From an uncultured bacterium (GTDB lineage: Bacteria; Patescibacteriota; Minisyncoccia; UBA6257; GWB1-50-10), in contig CAIKKG010000014.1 in assembly GCA_903827975.1 (NCBI GenBank), forward strand, positions 52,833 through 116,832: a stretch of DNA of 64,000 nucleotides, written 5' to 3'. The position numbers and the translations under genes are program-made. Position 1 is the first letter of the stretch, and every line of letters starts with the position of its first letter. The notes under the pieces were generated by a model, which saw only the letters and a program-made list of their open reading frames with translations, did no database searches and was not told where the DNA came from. Positions 59,160-64,000 of this stretch are shown here, piece after piece.

Positions 59160-59783
59160 TTATTTCGCTTTCGACAATTCCTCGACTGCGCCCTTTTCTA
59201 TCATCAAATTCTTATGCAACATAACACTCTTCGCATTTAACTCACTTACGTGTGTTATTTCAATCTTAGGAATGTTTCTTCCTGAGAGGAAAAGAGATTT
59301 ATTTTCGTTGCTTGAAACGAAAAGAACATTAGGCTTCTTGTCGAAGAAGTTCTTCAACATTACAGCTACATCCTTTGTTTTTCTTGTGTTAAATTCCAAT
59401 GAATCAACGACAAATACTTCTCCGTCTGTTAATTTCTTTGATAATACAGATGCGAGTGCGCCCCTCTTCATCTTTTTATTTATTTTCTTTGAAAAATCGC
59501 GATCTGCTTTTGGTCCATGGGAAACACCTCCACCCTTCCAAATCGGAGAGCGTGTTGAACCTGCGCGAGCACGTCCTGTGTGTTTTTGTTTGTATGGTTT
59601 TTTACCACCACCACTTACCTCACCACGACCACGAGAAACCGCAATTACTTTGCGGATATTTGCATCATAAGCAACGATAACCTGATGAACAAGATCAGGG
59701 TTCCACTTTGCACCAAAAAGCTGATCCGGCAATTCTGCAGTTCCAACTTTTTTATGCTCCTGATTGTAGAGATCGGTTGTCAT
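59160..59783 (-). CDS. rplD: 50S ribosomal protein L4
   Basis: 'GGGKKPYKQKHTGRARAGS.RSPIWKGGG'. Confidence 0.97.
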   Translation of the reverse strand: MTTDLYNQEHKKVGTAELPDQLFGAKWNPDLVHQVIVAYDANIRKVIAVSRGRGEVSGGGKKPYKQKHTGRARAGSTRSPIWKGGGVSHGPKADRDFSKKINKKMKRGALASVLSKKLTDGEVFVVDSLEFNTRKTKDVAVMLKNFFDKKPNVLFVSSNENKSLFLSGRNIPKIEITHVSELNAKSVMLHKNLMIEKGAVEELSKAK

Positions 59784-59788
59784 GTTTC

Positions 59789-60220
59789 TTATTTTCTAAT
59801 TTCAATTGATCCACCACGATTACCCGGAACAGCTCCGCGAACCATGATTATTTTTTCTTCCGGTTTCAATTCAGCAACCATAAGATTTTTTACTGTTACT
59901 CTTCGATTTCCAGTATGTCCTGCCATTTTCCTTCCTGGTAGCACGCGCTGAGGTGCTGTAGGACCGATTGAGCCAGGAGCACGAAGGCGGTCCTTCTGAC
60001 CATGTGACTTTGGACCTCCATGAAAACCATGACGTTTAACTACACCTTGGAATCCTTTTCCGCGGCTAGTTCCAGAAACGATAACTAACTCACCATCCTT
60101 CAATGAAGAAAAAAGTGCGTCAATATCGCCCTTTTCGCAAAGTAGCGGGGTTACCGGAAAGACCTTTCCGTCTTTCCAAATCTGAGACATTCTAAGTTTT
60201 TTTGCAATTACTTTTTCCAT
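59789..60220 (-). CDS. rplC: 50S ribosomal protein L3, internally shortened (143 aa)
   Basis: 'KKLRMSQ...PVT' joined almost directly to 'VSGTSRGKGFQGVVKRHGF', 'RAPGSIG', 'GAVPG'. Confidence 0.93.
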   Translation of the reverse strand: MEKVIAKKLRMSQIWKDGKVFPVTPLLCEKGDIDALFSSLKDGELVIVSGTSRGKGFQGVVKRHGFHGGPKSHGQKDRLRAPGSIGPTAPQRVLPGRKMAGHTGNRRVTVKNLMVAELKPEEKIIMVRGAVPGNRGGSIEIRK

Positions 60221-60227
60221 GTTAAAT

Positions 60228-60317
60228 GAAAACAACAAGGTTACAGCCCTGTTGTTTTCGGTAGAAAAAATCTGGCTAAACCTTACCTATCGTAAATTAC
60301 TCCTTGATTAAAGTCAA
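60228..60317 (-). promoter_or_regulatory. Internal promoter and 13-bp leader hairpin upstream of rplC
   Basis: TTGACT-17-TACGAT (60317-60289); GAAAACAACAGGG-CTGTAA-CCTTGTTGTTTTC ends 7 nt before ATG. Confidence 0.6.
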
Positions 60318-60333
60318 TACTTTTTCTACACGC

Positions 60334-60666
60334 TTAGCCCATTTTAATCTCCACATCAACTCCAGCTGGAAGATTTAAATCAGTTAATGATTCAATTATC
60401 TTCTGCTGAGGGTTCATAATGTCGATTAGGCGTTTGTGTACACGAAGTTCAAATTGATCTACCGATTTTTTATGCACGAACGTTGAGCGATTTACAGAAT
60501 ACTTTCTAAATTCTGTAGGCAAAGGAATAGGGCCTGTTACATCCCCACCCTGCCTTTTAATAGCCTCAACAATCTGCCTTACGGAGCTATCAATGAGTTT
60601 CGCATCGTATGACTTAATACGAAGTCGCAATTTTTCTTTTTGAAGTTGCTCGTCTCTTTTTGCCAT
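60334..60666 (-). CDS. rpsJ: 30S ribosomal protein S10
   Basis: 'GPIPLPT', 'RVHKRLIDI', 'LPAGVDVEIK'. Confidence 0.97.
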   Translation of the reverse strand: MAKRDEQLQKEKLRLRIKSYDAKLIDSSVRQIVEAIKRQGGDVTGPIPLPTEFRKYSVNRSTFVHKKSVDQFELRVHKRLIDIMNPQQKIIESLTDLNLPAGVDVEIKMG

Positions 60667-60677
60667 TTGTGTTTGCT

Positions 60678-60759
60678 AACTCACAACACACAGTCTACTG
60701 TCAGCGACCTTGAACTTTTATATTCTCAGTCGCTGATTGTAGATTGCTAGTTGCTGGTT
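60678..60759. repeat. Heptamer-periodic imperfect hairpin in tuf-rpsJ spacer
   Basis: AACTCAC AACACAC AGTCTAC TGTCAGC ... GCTGATT GTAGATT GCTAGTT GCTGGTT. Confidence 0.65.
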
Positions 60760-61957
60760 ATTTAAGAATTTTTACTACCGCACCGGCTCCGACTGTCTTA
60801 CCTCCTTCGCGGATTGCAAAGCGTTGTTTCTCTTCGAGTGCAACAGGTGCAATAAGCTTTACGGTGATGCTGACTGTATCGCCAGGCATAACCATTTCAA
60901 CTCCTGCTGGCAAGATTACCTCACCAGTGACATCTGTTGTGCGGATGTAGAACTGCGGCTTGTAACCCTTAAAGAATGGGGTGTGGCGTCCGCCTTCCTC
61001 CTTAGAAAGAACGTATACCTCAGCCTCAAATTCTGTATGAGGAGTTACTGAACCAGGTTTAGCAATAACCTGACCGCGCTCGATATCATCCTTCTTCAAA
61101 CCACGGAGAAGAATTCCAACGTTGTCTCCTGCCTGTGCGTCATCAAGAAGCTTCTGGAACATTTCGATTCCGGTTACAACAGTCTTCTGTGTAGGCCTTA
61201 ATCCGATTATTTCCACTTCCTCGTTTACCTTCAACACTCCGCGCTCTGCACGACCTGTGCAGACTGTTCCACGTCCTTCAATTGAGAAGATGTCCTCAAT
61301 AGGCATAAGGAAAGGCATATCTGTTGCGCGAACTGGCTCAGGAATGTAATCATCAACGGCTTTAACAAGGTCTAAGATTGGCTTTACTGCAGGATCATCA
61401 AGTGACTTTGTTTCAAGTCCCTTCAATGCAGAACCACGAATAATCGGGGTTGTTTCGCCATCATAGTTATACTTTGTCAAAAGTTCACGAATTTCTGACT
61501 CCACGAGATCCAACATTTCAGGATCCTCAACCATATCGCACTTGTTCAAGAAAACAACGACTTTAGGCACACCAACCTGGTAGGCCAAAAGGATGTGCTC
61601 TCTTGTCTGAGGCATAGGACCATCAGTTGCAGCAACCACGAGAATTGCGCCGTCCATTTGAGCGGCACCCGTGATCATGTTCTTGATATAGTCTGCGTGT
61701 CCTGGTGCATCGATGTGTGCATAGTGACGTGTTTCTGACTCATATTCTGAGTGGTGGAGCGCGATTGTTATACCGCGAGCCTTTTCCTCAGGAGCATTGT
61801 CAATGTTATCGACTCCTTCTTCTTTCTTTGCAAGACCTTTCATAAAAAGGACGTGCGTAATTGCCGCGGTAAGAGTTGTCTTTCCGTGGTCAACGTGACC
61901 GATTGTACCAATGTTTACGTGTGGCTTGGTACGCTGAAATTTTTCTTTTTCTGCCAT
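60758..61957 (-). CDS. tuf: Elongation factor Tu
   Basis: 'GHVDHGKTT', 'DAPGHADY', 'NKCD', 'GGRHTPF'. Confidence 0.98.
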   Translation of the reverse strand: MAEKEKFQRTKPHVNIGTIGHVDHGKTTLTAAITHVLFMKGLAKKEEGVDNIDNAPEEKARGITIALHHSEYESETRHYAHIDAPGHADYIKNMITGAAQMDGAILVVAATDGPMPQTREHILLAYQVGVPKVVVFLNKCDMVEDPEMLDLVESEIRELLTKYNYDGETTPIIRGSALKGLETKSLDDPAVKPILDLVKAVDDYIPEPVRATDMPFLMPIEDIFSIEGRGTVCTGRAERGVLKVNEEVEIIGLRPTQKTVVTGIEMFQKLLDDAQAGDNVGILLRGLKKDDIERGQVIAKPGSVTPHTEFEAEVYVLSKEEGGRHTPFFKGYKPQFYIRTTDVTGEVILPAGVEMVMPGDTVSITVKLIAPVALEEKQRFAIREGGKTVGAGAVVKILK

Positions 61958-62219
61958 GTTTTTTTTGCTTTTTTGTTTGTTTTTTTCGACCTGTTTAGGT
62001 TTATATAAGCAAGGATAATTCTTACTTATTAAGGAAAAAATGTCAACCCCTTTCGCGTAGGATAACTAATAATATCTTTATGCTTAGCCATACTTAGCAT
62101 TAAAAAATTAAATTAGTTAATTTTATCTGCTAAATAAACATTATTTTGTGCCAAATAATAATGTTTTAGCTTTTTTATAATAAAAAACGTCCCACAATTG
62201 CGGGACGTTGATGTACTTA

Positions 62220-62585
62220 TTACGGTTCAATTTTATAAACATCGAGCACGTCTTCGGTGTTTAGGCGTCCACAAAACTTCCAGTGAAATTTTTCTATGCG
62301 ACGCATATTTTCAAGAATCCAAATCTCTGCCGTACCACACTGCCACTTACCGTCCGAGCGTTGTACTCGGCAGTTGGCCTGAACGTGCAGATAATCATCA
62401 AATATGAAATCGAAGGAGAATGCCCTGGTAGCATTGATTTTATTGCCCTCTACTGCACTACCAAACCACTTAGCACTAACTTTTGCATTGCTGTGTGTCT
62501 TTCCTAGATACTGCAGAGACTTACAGACAAGATTTGTTGAAAAAGTAACTGCATCAGCAACAAGCTCAGAATTCTCGTACTCCAT
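62220..62585 (-). CDS. Hypothetical protein
   Basis: ATG 62585 after AAGGAGG; TTGATT-17-CATATT upstream; terminator at 62187-62209. Confidence 0.6.
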   Translation of the reverse strand: MEYENSELVADAVTFSTNLVCKSLQYLGKTHSNAKVSAKWFGSAVEGNKINATRAFSFDFIFDDYLHVQANCRVQRSDGKWQCGTAEIWILENMRRIEKFHWKFCGRLNTEDVLDVYKIEP

Positions 62586-62723
62586 GAAACCCTCCTTATG
62601 GGATTTTGTGTTTGTTAATGAACAACTATCCAGAATTGGATGTTGTGAATATGACACATACTTCAAATATAATCAAGTAAGCCATGCCTCGAACAGTATT
62701 TAGGCCTTATATTTCTTATACTA

Positions 62724-63437
62724 TTACTCCCTTACTATAAATGAGAGTGTTTTTAGAATTTCGGTGACAAATCCGCTTCCACCAAATGGGATGCTGCCAA
62801 GGCTTGCAGTAAATACAAGATCTTCGGTGTCAGAAAGTGAAATTATTGCATTAATATAATGTGTTGAACTTACAATACCCTCCTCACCCCTACATCGTTC
62901 GTGTTCCGCAATATCAAGTATTTTTCCACCTACCATAAACTCGGAATGCGCGAAAGACTTGCACGCTGATGCTTCCGTATACTGAATGAATGAACCTTTT
63001 TCGTATACTTGAAATGAAATTGCTTTTCCGTTTCCAGCATATGCAATATTTGCATCTCTTAATTTTACAATCACATTTACACCAACTGAACTACTGGATG
63101 TTGCGAAAGTTACTTTTGATAAAGCTGGATATTTAAAAGAGAAGCCATACTTTGTATTTTTATATGTGAGCCACTCGTTTCGCAATGGGGTGTTACCAAT
63201 TTTAGACGTGGTTGATGTTGCTATTACGGTTGTGGATGTTGGACATAGCGCAAAATCACAGGAGGGTCCTGTGCGTCCCACTGCTGTTCCATCCGGACAG
63301 ATTTTTGCCTCCATGGTACAACTAACCTCGTTATCAATTTTAGGTTTTTTTGAAACAGAAAAATAAACGCCAAAACCCACGGCAATAATTGCTATTAGCA
63401 CGCTAACCTGAATTAGAACTGAATTCTTTTTATCCAT
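62724..63437 (-). CDS. Membrane-anchored protein with Cys-rich motif and PsbP-like domain
   Basis: TM; 'CTMEAKICPDGTAVGRTGPSCDFALCP'; 'WLTYKNTKYGFSFKYP'. Confidence 0.7.
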   Translation of the reverse strand: MDKKNSVLIQVSVLIAIIAVGFGVYFSVSKKPKIDNEVSCTMEAKICPDGTAVGRTGPSCDFALCPTSTTVIATSTTSKIGNTPLRNEWLTYKNTKYGFSFKYPALSKVTFATSSSSVGVNVIVKLRDANIAYAGNGKAISFQVYEKGSFIQYTEASACKSFAHSEFMVGGKILDIAEHERCRGEEGIVSSTHYINAIISLSDTEDLVFTASLGSIPFGGSGFVTEILKTLSFIVRE

Positions 63438-63473
63438 ATCATCATTATAATCACAAAATAACTGTTTGAAAAC

Positions 63474-63510
63474 AAAAATCCCGCCACTCAGATTAAGTGA
63501 CGGGATTTTT
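63474..63510 (-). terminator. Terminator after fusA
   Basis: aaaaatcccg(c)cact-N-agtgacgggattttt. Confidence 0.75.
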
Positions 63511-63520
63511 TATAATTTAT

Positions 63521-64000
63521 TTATTTCTTCTGTCTTCCTTCAATGATGGTTGTCGCAACATTGCCTGGGACCTCTTCGTAGTGCGAGAACTCCATGCTGA
63601 AGCTTCCGCGGCCCTGAGTCATTGAGCGAAGTGTCGTAACATATCCGAACATCTCTGCCATAGGACATGTTGCATCAATAACGCGAAGATTACCTCTCTC
63701 ACCCATCGCTGAAATCTTTGCTCTGCGTGAGCTCAAATCTCCTGTAATATCACCCAAGAAATTTGCTGGGGCAATTGCTTGAACCTTCATGACCGGCTCC
63801 AACAATACGAGCTTTGCCTGCTTTGTTGCCTCCTGGAATGCCATTGAACCCGCAATCTTAAACGCGAATTCAGATGAGTCAACCTCGTGGAAGGATCCAT
63901 CGTAAAGCGTTACCTTAACGTCTACAACTGGGTATCCAGCGAGTACACCACGCGCAACAGTCTCTTCAATACCTTTCTTAATTGGGTTAATGAATTCCTT
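63521..64000 (-). CDS. fusA: Elongation factor G, C-terminal part (5' end beyond window)
   Basis: '[18 protein letters not shown]', 'LLEPVM', '[14 protein letters not shown]'. Confidence 0.97.
   Translation of the reverse strand, partial: KEFINPIKKGIEETVARGVLAGYPVVDVKVTLYDGSFHEVDSSEFAFKIAGSMAFQEATKQAKLVLLEPVMKVQAIAPANFLGDITGDLSSRRAKISAMGERGNLRVIDATCPMAEMFGYVTTLRSMTQGRGSFSMEFSHYEEVPGNVATTIIEGRQKK

Noticed and set aside
54793-59951. Long plus-strand ORFs (182, 215 and 123 aa) in the ribosomal cluster
   Set aside because: Antisense shadows of highly conserved ribosomal protein genes.
6787-63510. Similar CCC(C)GC...GCGGG hairpins as a REP/MITE family or integron attC sites
   Set aside because: They sit at gene ends with A/T tracts and variable loops, consistent with ordinary intrinsic terminators; no attC R/L boxes or integrase seen.
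1-64000. Alternative genetic code (UGA=Gly as in Gracilibacteria/Absconditabacteria)
   Set aside because: Conserved genes translate full length under code 11, and UGA acts as a stop (e.g. truB, DUF4012 gene).

Overview
A 64 kb chromosomal segment of an AT-rich bacterium that most resembles Patescibacteria (CPR, Parcubacteria-like). Evidence: no rpmD/uL30 between rpsE and rplO, DUF5663/DUF5654/DUF4012-like and CPR-style 3D-domain genes, and standard code 11. It holds the 3' end of fusA, tuf, the S10-spc ribosomal cluster, secY-adk-map, topA-dprA, lepA, hisS, murA, RNA-modification genes, glycosyltransferase clusters, an ECF sigma/anti-sigma/RND module, two PAS histidine kinases with one stand-alone receiver, redox genes and three tRNAs (Gly-CCC, Ile-GAT, Ala-TGC). 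I saw no CRISPR array, integrase, transposase, reverse transcriptase or rRNA. Most notable observations: (1) Core genes are leaderless or lack a Shine-Dalgarno (SD), whereas nine solitary cassette-like genes each have a TTGACA-type promoter, a leader and a strong SD; several of these are orphans or active-site-divergent enzymes. (2) A 147-bp structured element with a 54-bp duplication sits at the tRNA-Gly 3' end. (3) uL3 has an internal deletion. (4) A 17-bp bidirectional leaderless promoter and several structured leaders are present. All family assignments come from motif recognition by eye; no database searches were run.
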